A stretch of 57,802 nt of DNA, the filler included, from Basidiobolus meristosporus CBS 931.73 (taxonomy: Eukaryota > Fungi > Basidiobolomycota): assembly GCA_002104905.1 (NCBI GenBank). It is 3 parts of 3 records of this genome, joined end to end, with 100 filler letters (N's around TTAATTAATTAA, not from the genome) between each part and the next. Parts side by side here need not be neighbours in the genome. Positions count along the whole stretch, not along the records: positions 20,119 to 41,714 come from MCFE01000987.1; positions 41,815 to 57,802 come from MCFE01001136.1; 1 more part is not named here. One strand, given 5' to 3'. The notes beneath the pieces were generated by a model. The model saw only the letters and a program-made list of their open reading frames with translations, ran no database searches and was not told where the DNA came from. A program made the position numbers and the translations under genes. This document shows positions 35,746 through 46,571 of this stretch, one piece after another; position 1 is the first letter of the stretch; each line of letters opens with the position of its first letter.

Positions 35746-37284
35746 CTATTCTCCTCTTCCAGGCAAAGCTCTTTTTCCCTTTGGGGCAGGTTTTGCAGGA
35801 TATTGTTGGTGGAACTGGATAACTAGTTCTTGACAATTAGTGAGATGGGTAGCTGGTTCCCATGTTTCGTCACTAGGGCCATAACCAATCCAGTCTACTC
35901 AGTAGTACAGCTTTGACCGGATATACTTAGAGTCTAGAATCTGTTTAACTTCAAATTCTCAATGTTGGTCAACCTGTATAGCTTGGGGCTTTGCTTCTTG
36001 CCGGTTTGGCAAGGTGTTCCTACAATACGGCTCCAGGAGGGACACATGGAAAGTATCATGGATTTTCATACTTGCTGGTAACTGTAGCTGATATACTGTA
36101 GGGCTAAGCTTCTTCTTGATCTTGAAAGGACCAAGTTTCTTGAAATCCAATTTGTCACAAGGGCGGTTGGTGCTGATGCTTCTTCTTAGGCAAGCTCAGC
36201 AACAGAGAGTAGATCAACCCAATTGTCTTGCTGGTAATTGATATAGCACTGGAGGTATTGCTCTAGAATCTGGTTGATTCTTTCAGTCTGGCCATCAGAC
36301 TGTGGATGGAAGGCAGTAGAGAGCTTGACTTGAACACCAAGGTATTGCATGAAGTGTTTCCAAAACTTGGACACAAACTGTGGGCCTCTATCTGACACAA
36401 TATCACTGGGGATACCATGAAGGCGGAAAATATTCTTCAGGACTAAAGCAGCAGTTTCTTTTGCATCAGTGTTCTTACAGCAAGGGATAAAGTGAGCCAT
36501 CTTGGTCAGCCGGTCAGCCACTACAAGTATAGTGTTGAAGCCACATGACTCAGGGAGGTCAGTAATGAAGTCCATAGATATAGATCTCCATTGGTGTTCT
36601 GGGATAGGCAGGGGTTGAAGAAGTCCATAGGGCTGGTGTCTGGCTGGTTTTGCATGGTTGCAAATATCACAAGTCAGAATGTACTCTTTGATAAGAGTTA
36701 TCATTCTAGGCCACCAGAAATCTCTTTTGATAGCATTCAAGGCTTTGGCAGTACCAAAGTGGCCTGCAGCCATTGAATCATGCCAAGACTTAATGATGTC
36801 TAGCTGGGTGGCAAGGTCTGGGACATAAAGCTGCTGCTTGTGGTAGATGAGGTTGTTTACCAAATGCAGGTTCTGGATGTTTGGGAACTTGGGAGGGGGC
36901 CCAACTGGGGATTCCAGATATTTCTTGATGGTGTTGGAAGTCATATCAGAGGCTTGGGATTCTGATGTGCTTACTAGGAATGAAGGGATGACAAGACTTG
37001 AGGACTGGGTGGCAAGAATCTCAAAATGTTTCTTGCTCAGCAATGGGTGTTCCATTTGCCAACAGGCATCATCTCCCTCTTCCAGGGCATATTCCTTTTT
37101 CTGGACAGGGCATCAGGCTTTCCTTGTTTTGCACCAGGTCTATAGGTGATAGTAAAGTCAAAGCTGGACAGGAAGAGTGACCATCTGACTTGTCTCCGGT
37201 TTAGTACTTTGGAAGTTGCAAAGTACTCAAGGTTCTTATGGTCACAGAAGACTTTGATTTTGTGTTTTGCACCATCCAGGTAGT

Positions 37285-38019
37285 AGACTTGTTCCGTTGG
37301 ATAGTGCCACATTGAGCCATGAGTGCCAAATGATGCCATAGTGTGCCGGAGAGGCCAATTGAGCCTCTATCTGGCCACAGAGTGTGAAACATAGTTCTGC
37401 ATCTTCATGCAAAGCTGCCCCTGTGTTTCACCCATTCTGTTAGAAAAAATCCATTTTTTGACCTTTTTTTTTTGGATCAATGTTGTGCAGGATGTGTTAG
37501 AGCACAAGCAGATTGAAGATATGCATCTGGTACTCAATACCCATGGCACTCTGAATCTAGCTCCTGTAGCTTGTATCATGTCACTAAGAAGAATGGCACT
37601 ATCTTGGTCCACTGGTACTATCTGGCACTATAAGCGCTTTGTATAGATCTTACTTTAGGGCTAATATTTAAATATAGTGCCAGATAGTACCAGTGGACCA
37701 AGATAGTGCCATTCTTCTTAGTGACATGACACAAGCTACAGGAGCTAGATTCAGAGTGCCATGGGTATTGAGTAACAGATTCATATCTTCAGTTCTCCTG
37801 TGCTCTTACACATCCTGAGCTACATTGATCCACAAAAAAAGGTCAAAAAATGGATTTTCTCCTGCACAATGGGTGAAACACAGGGGCTGCTTTACATGAA
37901 GATGCAGAGCTATGTTTCACACTCTGTGGCCAAGTATAAGCTCGCTTGACCTCTCTGGCACACTATGGCATCATTTGGCACTCATGGCTCAATGTGGCAC
38001 TATCCAACGGAACAAGTCT
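37285..38019. mobile_element. Non-autonomous foldback DNA transposon, 735 bp, ~347-bp TIRs, 3-bp TSD AGT
   Basis: Arms 37285-37632 and 37673-38019 are reverse complements with a 40-bp spacer; AGT on both sides. Removing the element restores RNase H EQWRHYLDGA. Confidence 0.93.
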
Positions 38020-41000
38020 AGTGTCTCCATTGCTCAAAGGCTACAATGATGGCAAGCAACTCCTTATCATAGATATCATAGTTGATCTCTGCAGGGGAAA
38101 ACTTGCAAGAGTAGAATGCAATGGGGTGCAACACATTGTCCTCATCATACTGGGAGAGTATGGCACCAAGGGCAAAATCAGAAGCATCAGTCTCCACTAT
38201 GAATTGCTTCTCAAGGTCAGGGTGGGCAAGTAGAGGGGCCTTCAGGAAAGATTTCTTGAGTTGGTTGAATGAGCTGGATTGCTCCTCATTCCAGGCAAAA
38301 GGTGTGTTCTTCTGGGTAAGCTTTGTCAGAGGGGTAGCTATCTTGGAGTAGTTGGCTATGAACCTGCAATAGAAGTTGGCAAATCCCAGGAAGGATTGTA
38401 CTTCCTTGACTGAGCTTGGAGTTTTCCAGGATTGGACTGAGTCAACTTTCTTTGGGTCCATTCTTGTTCCCTCAGGGCTGATGAGGTAACCAAGAAATTC
38501 CACTTCTCTCTGGTCAAATTTACACTTCTCTAGCTTGGCATAGAGACCAGCAGAGTCTAGTTTTCTCAATGCTTTCTTGACATGTTCATCATGTTCATCT
38601 TGGCTCTTGGAGTATATGAGAATATCATCAAGGTAGATTACCACAAACTGGTCAAGGTATTCACGGAATATGTCATTCATGAGGTGTTGAAACACAGCAG
38701 GGGCATTGGTGAGGCCAAATGGCATTACTTTGTACTCAAAGTGACCATATCATGTGCAAAAGGCAGTTTTCCATTCATCACCGGGCTTGATTCTGACAAG
38801 ATTGTAAGCTCCTCTCAAGTCAATCTTGGTGAAGACTTGGGCAGCAGATAGCTGATCCAACAGTGTGCTGATCAGGGGCAGGGGGTAGCAGTTCTTGACT
38901 GTGATCTTATTCAAAGCATGGTAGTCCACACACATTCTGAGTGTGCCATCCTTCTTCTTGACAAAGAGGATTGGGGCTCCAGCAGGTGATTTGGAGTGCT
39001 GAATAAAACCCTTCTGGAGGTTTTCTTGAATATAACCATGGAGTTTTTTCTACTCCGGCTGGGAGAGGTTATATATTGGGCCAAATGGAGGGACTTTTTC
39101 ATCTTCAAGGTCAATAGGGCAGTCATAAGGCCAATGGTCAGGGAGGAGTTCTGCTTTCTTCTTGTCAAAGACATGGGCAAACTTTTGGTACTTGGCTGGT
39201 ATAGTTGCTGAGGGGGCTCCTTCAGCTGGCAAGGTATCTTGGGCTGTTGAACTGTTGGCAACCGTCTTTTCACAGTTATCAGGGTCTGGAGATTTCATGG
39301 AGTTGACTTGGTGGGATCTGGTGAATGATAGGATCTTGGATTTCCAATCAATACTTGGATTGTGGTAGCTCAACCATGAGCTTCCAAGCACAATAGGATA
39401 GTGTGGTGAGTTGATGATGTTGAAGGCAATTCTTTCTTGGTGGGCAATACTGGACAGCTGGAGTAAGCATGTTTCATGGGTAATGGCACCAGAGGAGAGT
39501 GATTTTCCATCAATAACTTCTACTTGGACAGGACAGGATTTCAAGGTAACAGGAATAGAGTGCTTCTGGACAAAGGCTTGGTCAATGAAACAGGATGAAG
39601 CACTGGAATCAATCAGGGCTAGGGCTGGGACAGGACTGGAGTCAGGGATCTGGATTTTGACAGGCATTCTCAAGGACTGGATAGATTTTGTGGCAAAGGA
39701 AGATTCTGGATATGCTGGATTTTCATGGGTGGGTCCAGTTGCAAGCCTGTCAGTGCAACTGGACATTGGAGTTTCCCGACAGATCTGAATCAGGTTGGTT
39801 ACTGGAGGACTGCATCAGCTTGAAGCTGGACTTCTTGTTGGGGCAGGACTTGGCAAAGTGACCTGGTTGGCTACAGTATAGACAGAGGTTGGCTTGTTGA
39901 CGTCTGGACTTTTCACTCTTTGATAGTTGTATTTGGTACTATCAATCTGCATGGGATCTTCTGGAGTGACTTGGGGAGCAGGAGGGGCTGGGACTGCAAC
40001 AGGAATGTGTCTTTGACAGTTCTTTTGCTTCTTCTGGAATAGTCTGTTTTCACACCAGATTGCTTGGTGCATAGCTTCAACCAATGTATCTGGATCTGGG
40101 AGTGTTAGTAGCAAATCACAAACTTCATCATTGAGGCCATCTTGGAATTGGCTAATCAAGGCTGCTTGACCCCAGGAGCTGAGGTCACTGGAGAGTTGTT
40201 GGAATTCTGAGGTGTAGACTGATGCTGGTTTGTTCCCTTGCTTGAGGGTCTTGATCTTGTTGGCAGCAGTTCTGGCTTGGTCAAGGTTACCAAATGTTAG
40301 CTCCATTTCAGTGAGAAAAGCTTGGTAGTCTCTGAGGAGGGGAGAGTTGGTCTCCACTAATGGGGAGAACCACTTGAGAGCTGTACCAGTAAGCAGGTTG
40401 GAGATGAAACCAACTTTGGCCTGGTCAGTTGGGTACTGGTTGGGCTGGAGTGTACAATTGTTCTTCACCATGTTGATGAAGCCACGGAATTCATTCTGAG
40501 AGCCATTGAACTTGGTAGCAGGAGTATACTTGGGTTCTTGGTAGACTGGGACATGGCTAGTTTGCTGGACACTTTGGTTCTGGAACTGAGCAAGAGTGTT
40601 TCTGAGGTCTGCATGGTCTTGCTGCAGTTGGGTAAAGGCAGCCATGAGCTGGGCAAAGTTCAGCTCTAGGTTGGACATGGTAGCAGAGGAAGGCGGATGA
40701 ACTTGCAAGGCATACTGGAATATACTAAACTAGGTTGTGGGTCTGTAAAGCCACTAGTATGTCAAGAATACAACTATTGAGCCACAATCCCCAACTTAAA
40801 TAAGTTAGCGTCACTTCAGAAGGTACTGGTTTCAACGTCCTTTGATAGAGTATTGTACTAAAGCTTCCAATACTGTAACAACTGTAAACTCCACCAGCAG
40901 GGTAATAAAGTGAATGCAGCTTTGACCAATAGTTTTACAAAGATAAAGTATCTTTGCCTTTATAGGACAAGACTAGGGAAAGATGATGGGTGATACTTAT

Positions 41001-41084
41001 GGTGAGTATTCCTTTTACAAGTTTTCTTCAAACTTTGGGCAGAAGGTAGGGATCCACAGGTAAGTCAGGAGAGTCTGATAAAAC

Positions 41085-41614
41085 TGTTATGAATAGACAC
41101 AAGGCAGGAGAGTAGAGCTAGGCAAGAAAGGACCAGGAAAGGACTTAGGTGTGGATCAACAAGGCAAGGCAGATTTCCAAGGCAAGGCTGTTTATTCAAG
41201 ACCTGTGTTTATCAGACTGAGGAATACTTAAGGGGGGAAAGGACTATATATACTTTTTGGCTATACTGATGCCAAGAGATAGTAGCTAATACTAATGGGG
41301 TTGTGGGGTGAGGCACAGCAATGGTGCTGGGGATAATGACATAGATGACACGGCACTGAGACAGGATGGGGAAATGGATTGGGATCACCTGATCATGTGA
41401 CTAAGTCATGTGACCTGGTATATCCATATATGGTACTGGACTATGAAAAATACGATGGAAAGCTTCCATGGAATGTTCCATTGTGTAACAATGGTTTGGA
41501 ATGGTCAGGAACTTTCTGGAAGGTGGTAGAAGGTTCCAGAAGGAATCTCTTAGAAATTGAGCTAGGAAGCTGAAACTTGGCATGGGTGTTCATGGTTGTC
41601 ATGTGATCATGACA
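41085..41614 (-). repeat. Gypsy 5' LTR (530 bp)
   Basis: Matches 35217-35745; contains TATATATA at 41245-41252. Confidence 0.96.
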
Positions 41615-41714
41615 CTTTGGAAGCTCAGGGCTTAGTCCCGATAACCCAGCTATTGACTGAAAGAATAAAACCCTGACATCCCTCAGAATCCATCATGTCA
41701 ACTGTGTGAAAGTA

Positions 41715-41814
41715 NNNNNNNNNNNNNNNNNNNNNNNNNNNNNNNNNNNNNNNNNNNNTTAATTAATTAANNNNNNNNNNNNNNNNNNNNNNNNNNNNNN
41801 NNNNNNNNNNNNNN
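41715..41814. other. Scaffold gap with artificial linker
   Basis: 44 N + TTAATTAATTAA + 44 N. Confidence 0.97.
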
Positions 41815-42034
41815 TGTGGAGATGCGCAGCATGGAGGTTTGGAGGTTCAGAGAGTATCTCAAAACCTGGTCATCCTACAAGAGATACAAGGAGACCAATC
41901 CCACTGGTGATCTTGCTGATGAATGTGTGGAGTTCATCATTCAGCATTACAATCCAGGTTCCCCATTGAAGGAAGAGGATGTTCTTCCTTTGTCATGGCC
42001 TCAGATTCTCCTCCTGGCCTCAAACAGAGAGTAA
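41815..42034 (+). CDS. 3' part of a third tandem SAM methyltransferase paralog (5' part in the gap)
   Basis: EMRSMEVWRFREYLKTWSSY...WPQILLLASNRE* parallels the C-termini of the two following genes. Confidence 0.8.
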
Positions 42035-42243
42035 GCCATAACAAAGTATCTTGAAATAAAATCTCTTCATTTTACCCCAGACACTGACATGCTATCTTGT
42101 AGTTGAAGTTTTCAGAGGCGTGAGAAATGAGTGATGATGACATAGGAAGTCAATGATCAACAGATTTGGGTGATGGTTTTGCCTGATTCACATGACATAT
42201 TTACTTGATATAATGGCTGCCTCCAAGTCAATTTTTTGCAGTC

Positions 42244-43092
42244 ATGTCAGCATTCTCGAAAGTGGCATACAACAGCAAAGCGTACGCCCAGTTCCGCCCT
42301 AGTTACACCGACCAACTTTACCAAACCATCTACGAGTTTCACCAAGGTGGGTATGGCAAGGCGTTGGACGTAGCCACTGGCACTGGTCAGGTTACCAAGG
42401 CACTGGCTGACAAATTCGAGAAGGTTCACGGAATTGACATATCGGAGACTATGTTGTCCGAGGCCACGAAAGGGGACAACATAACTTACTCCATCGGCTT
42501 CGCGGAGGAACTTCCTTTCGAAGACGCAAGCGTCGACTTGATCACGGTGGCTGAGGGGGCCCATTGGTTCAACACGAAAAAATTCCTCAAAGAGGTCAAA
42601 CGTGTCTTGAGGCCGAACGGAACTCTAGCCATATGGGGATACTCTTTCTGCTCCATCGAGGGTGGTTCCGAGAAGGTACGTAACAGCGTTCAAGACCTAG
42701 GGGTGAACCCGGCCAAGTTGGGGAATAATTGGGAAGCTGGGCGGGAGATTCTGGATAATTTCTATCGAGACTCCGGTTGGGAGGAGCTACCCAATGAATT
42801 TAACCATGTTCTGAGATATGAATCGCCCAAAAAAGAACCCTCTGCTCTGGATATCCCGGAAGAGAGCTTGTTCGTGGAGCTGCGTAGCATGGAGGTATGG
42901 AGATTTAGAGAGTATCTCAAGACTTGGTCGCCCTACAAAAAATATATGGAGTCAAATCTACCAGGGGATCCGGTAGAGGAATGTGTAGAGTTCGTGAAAA
43001 GAGAGTACAACCCCGGGACCCCACTTAAAGAGGATGATGTCCTTCCTTTCACATGGCCTCAGGTTCTCCTCTTGGCCTCCAATCGAGAATAA
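42244..43092 (+). CDS. Class I SAM methyltransferase (Crg1/Tmt1-like, Methyltransf_11 type), intronless, 282 aa
   Basis: YAQFRPSY, ALDVATGTGQ, AEELPFEDASVDLITVAEGAHWF, VLRPNGTLAIWGY. Confidence 0.9.
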   Translation: MSAFSKVAYNSKAYAQFRPSYTDQLYQTIYEFHQGGYGKALDVATGTGQVTKALADKFEKVHGIDISETMLSEATKGDNITYSIGFAEELPFEDASVDLITVAEGAHWFNTKKFLKEVKRVLRPNGTLAIWGYSFCSIEGGSEKVRNSVQDLGVNPAKLGNNWEAGREILDNFYRDSGWEELPNEFNHVLRYESPKKEPSALDIPEESLFVELRSMEVWRFREYLKTWSPYKKYMESNLPGDPVEECVEFVKREYNPGTPLKEDDVLPFTWPQVLLLASNRE

Positions 43093-43268
43093 AGTGATGA
43101 AGTGGATATTTATTACTTTACGTGATCATCCATGTCCGCAGTTGCTGATACCAACAAGGACCCCTACTTGCTCCGACTCCAATATCCGAATTGTGAGAAA
43201 TTTAGTAGTCATCTAGATATCCCAATTCCCATAAGAGAAGTCCCAATGTAGCGCTTCTCACCATAACG

Positions 43269-44114
43269 ATGTCGACCTTCTCCAAAGTAGCCTACAACAG
43301 CAAAGCGTACGCCCAGTTCCGCCCAAGCTATACCAACAAGCTTTACCAGACCATCTACGACTTCCACAAGGGTGAGTACAGTAGAGCTTTAGACGTAGCG
43401 ACCGGTACTGGTCAGGTTACAAAGGCGCTGTCCACTAAATTCGAGAAGGTTCGCGGAATTGACATATCAGAGACTATGTTGTCCGAGGCCACGAAAGGGG
43501 ACAACATAACTTACTCCATCGGTTCCGCCGAGCAATTACCCTTCGAAGAAGCTAGCTTCGACTTGATCACTGTTGCTCAGGGAGCCCATTGGTTCAACAC
43601 GAAAAAATTCCTCAAAGAGGTCAAACGTGTCTTGAGGCCGAACGGAACCCTAGCCATATGGGGATACTCTTTCTGCTCCATCGAAGGCAGTTCCGAGAAG
43701 ATTCGAAATAGCGTTGAAGAGCTGGGAGTAAACCCGGCCAAGTTGGGGAATAATTGGGAAGCTGGGCGGGAGATACTGGATAATTTCTATCGAGACTCCG
43801 GTTGGGAGGAGCTACCCAATGAATTTAACCATGTTCTGAGATATGAATCGCCCAAAAAAGAACCCTCTGCTCTGCATATCCCAGATGATAGTATATTCAT
43901 TGAGCTACGTAGCATGGAGGTATGGAGATTTAGAGAGTATCTCAAGACTTGGTCGTCTTACAAGCAATACAAAGAGGCGAATCTGCCTGGCGATCTTGTG
44001 GACGAATGTGTAGAATTTGTGAAAAGAGAGTACAATCCAGGGACACCACTCAAAGAGGATGATGTCCTTCCGTTATCATGGCCTCAGGTGCTTCTTTTAG
44101 CCTCAAACAGATGA
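43269..44114 (+). CDS. Class I SAM methyltransferase, tandem paralog, 281 aa
   Basis: Same motifs as 42244-43092 (AQGAHWF); long stretches are nucleotide-identical. Confidence 0.9.
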   Translation: MSTFSKVAYNSKAYAQFRPSYTNKLYQTIYDFHKGEYSRALDVATGTGQVTKALSTKFEKVRGIDISETMLSEATKGDNITYSIGSAEQLPFEEASFDLITVAQGAHWFNTKKFLKEVKRVLRPNGTLAIWGYSFCSIEGSSEKIRNSVEELGVNPAKLGNNWEAGREILDNFYRDSGWEELPNEFNHVLRYESPKKEPSALHIPDDSIFIELRSMEVWRFREYLKTWSSYKQYKEANLPGDLVDECVEFVKREYNPGTPLKEDDVLPLSWPQVLLLASNR

Positions 44115-44151
44115 AATAAATCACTTTTATTGACAAACCGACGTATGAACC

Positions 44152-46221
44152 CTATTTCTTTTTCTCGCTGTCATTGTCAACTACCGTCTCCCCATCGCTG
44201 CTATCCCCTGAACCACGGTTCTTGTAGACCGCCTCAAACACCTTAAGACTTGCTTGCTGCAACTCGAATGTACCTTTTCTCAGCTCTTCCGGATCCGCTT
44301 CCTCACCCTTGGCGATCTTCTCTCTCAAAAGGGCGATCTGCTCCTGCAACTTCTTCGCCTCCTCCTGATCGATCTGATCCTTGAAATCATTGATATGCTT
44401 CTCTGTTTCGTGCACCGCCGACTCGGCGTTGTTGGATGCCTCGATGGCTTCCTTGCGCTTGATGTCCGACTCGGCAAACTGCTCGGCGTTCTTGACCATG
44501 TTTTCAATCTCGTCCTTGCTTAATCCAGATGAGGCGACAATGGACATGGACTGGTCACGGCCAGTTGCTTTGTCTTTGGCACTGACATTGACAATCCCGT
44601 CCGCATCAATGTCGAATGTCACCTCGATCTGAGGAACTCCCCGAGGTGCGGGTGCAACGCCAGTGAGGTTGAACTCTCCAAGAAGCTTGTTGTCCCGAAC
44701 GAGCTCACGTTCACCTTGGAAGACCTTCACTTGTACCTGAGTCTGGCCATCTGCTGCGGTAGAGAAGACCTGGGCTTTCTTCGTGGGAATGGTGGTGTTA
44801 CGGTTGATCAATCGCGTAAACACACCTCCCAAAGTTTCGATACCAAGCGAGAGTGGCGTCACGTCCAGCAAAAGGATATCCGACACCGATCCGGAAAGCA
44901 CTCCGCCCTGGATGGCTGCACCAATGGCGACCGCCTCATCAGGATTCACGCTCTTCGCTGGCTCTTTATTGAAGATGCTCTTCACCGACTCGACGACTTT
45001 TGGCATACGCGTCATCCCTCCAACCAGGACTACATCGTGAATGTCCGATACACTGACTCCGGCATCCTTGATGGCCTTCTTACATGGCTCCACCGTACGG
45101 TCCATCAACGGTTTCATCATCGTTTCGTACTTGGTGCGACTAAGCTTCATGTTGATGTGCTTGGGTCCAGTAGCATCCGCGGTGATGTAGGGAAGGTTGA
45201 TATCTGTTTGTAGGGAGGAGGACAACTCGATCTTGGCCTTTTCGCTTGCTTCGCGGATACGCTGGATGGCCATTCTGTCGTTGGTCAGATCGATGCCCTC
45301 GGATTTTTTGAAGTCGTCCACAATGTAGTTCACCAGTTTGATGTCGAAGTCCTCGCCGCCCAGGTGGGTGTCCCCGTTAGTCGACTTCACCTCGAACACT
45401 CCACTCTGAATCTCCAAGATGGAGATATCGAAGGTGCCGCCACCAAGATCGTAGATGGCCACCGTACGATTCCCCTCCCGATCTAGCCCGTAGGCCAATG
45501 CCGCGGCCGTAGGCTCGTTGATAACTCGAAGCACCTCCAACCCAGCAATTTTCCCTGCGTCTTTGGTGGCTTGCCGCTGGGCATCGTTGAAGTATGCCGG
45601 CACGGTGACCACAGCCTGGGTGATCTTCTTACCCAAGAAACTCTCCGCCGTATCCTTCATCTTGGACAACACGAACGCACCTATCTGACTGGGGGAGTAT
45701 GACTTCCCCCGAGCCTCCACCCAGGCGTCCCCGTTGGAATGCTGGACGATCTTGTACGGCACGGCCTTGATGTCGTTCTGCACCTCCTTGTCTTTGAACG
45801 TACGCCCGATAAGTCTTTTGGTGGCGAACAAGGTATTCTCCGGGTTGACGACCGCCTGCCGCTTAGCAGCCTGTCCAACCAACAGCTCCCCCTCTTTGGT
45901 GAAGGCCACGATGGACGGGGTGGTTCTTGTACCTTCGGAGTTTTCCAGGATCCGGGGGTTCTTACCGTCCATGATGGCCACGCAAGAGTTGGTGGTGCCC
46001 AGATCGATCCCGATCACCGTGGAACCGCTTGAGCTATACGGTCTGGCCAAGATCCCCAGTGGGCTACCGGCCTAGAAGAAAAGCAAAAGGATCAGGGGAC
46101 GCTCGTTGTGAGGGGGGGGAGGGGTTTCCTGGCAGCGGGTAAATACCTTGAGTTGGGCGGTGTGCTTGAACGGGTTCGAGAGTCGCGTCCTGCGGAAGAT
46201 ATGCTTCGGAAGACTGTACAT
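44152..46221 (-). CDS. SSC1: Mitochondrial Hsp70 (mortalin/DnaK-type), ~664 aa, 2 exons
   Basis: Exon 46221-46147 encodes an Arg-rich presequence [18 protein letters not shown]; intron 46146-46072; then [45 protein letters not shown]. Confidence 0.96.
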
Positions 46222-46571
46222 GCTCGTGTGATAGAAAGAAATTTTCTCTGGTCTCCGACCATGCGGTTCAGTATATATATCCGCCTACACTGAACCACGG
46301 TATTTTTTCCACCGTATCGTCATGCTTGGTGCGCAAATCGGTCGGGTCTGCGAGAGAACGTCATTGGATATGATGGCATTTCATGTGACGGTGAATATTC
46401 CCCGTCAGGTGAGGTTAGGGTGGTGGTTGTAAGGGTTTAGGGTGATTATTCTAGAAAGAATTTATTTCGTTGCATACAAAACGATATCCAAAATATAAAA
46501 TACCATGAGATTCTATACAAAAACATGTGTGGCTGGGTGAGGGAAGATTTACAGAGATTAGGCGGCGAATA

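Larger units (their letters stand above)
35217..41614 (-). mobile_element. Full-length Ty3/gypsy chromovirus, 6.4 kb, TSD CTTTG
   Basis: LTRs 41085-41614 and 35217-35745; CTTTG at 35212-35216 and 41615-41619. Gag 39815-40708, protease LIDSSAS, RT YLDD, RNase H, integrase HPQSDGQTER, chromodomain EFEVKQILDS...W.GYGPSDETWEP (~35800-35960), PPT GGAAGAGGAGAATAG. Confidence 0.97.

Noticed and set aside
41694-41714. ATGTCAACTGTGTGAAAGTA before the gap, resembling the methyltransferase start MSTFSKV
   Set aside because: It contains an in-frame stop, is very short, and sits at an error-prone contig end.
44254-46075. Several plus-strand ORFs overlapping SSC1 (and antisense ORFs over RPL24 and EGD1)
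   Set aside because: Shadow ORFs caused by the codon bias of highly expressed genes on the opposite strand.
46448-46457. nTTCnnGAAn heat-shock-element-like site ~230 bp upstream of SSC1 (also 114-123)
   Set aside because: Only two units, with no correctly spaced third; common by chance in AT-rich DNA.
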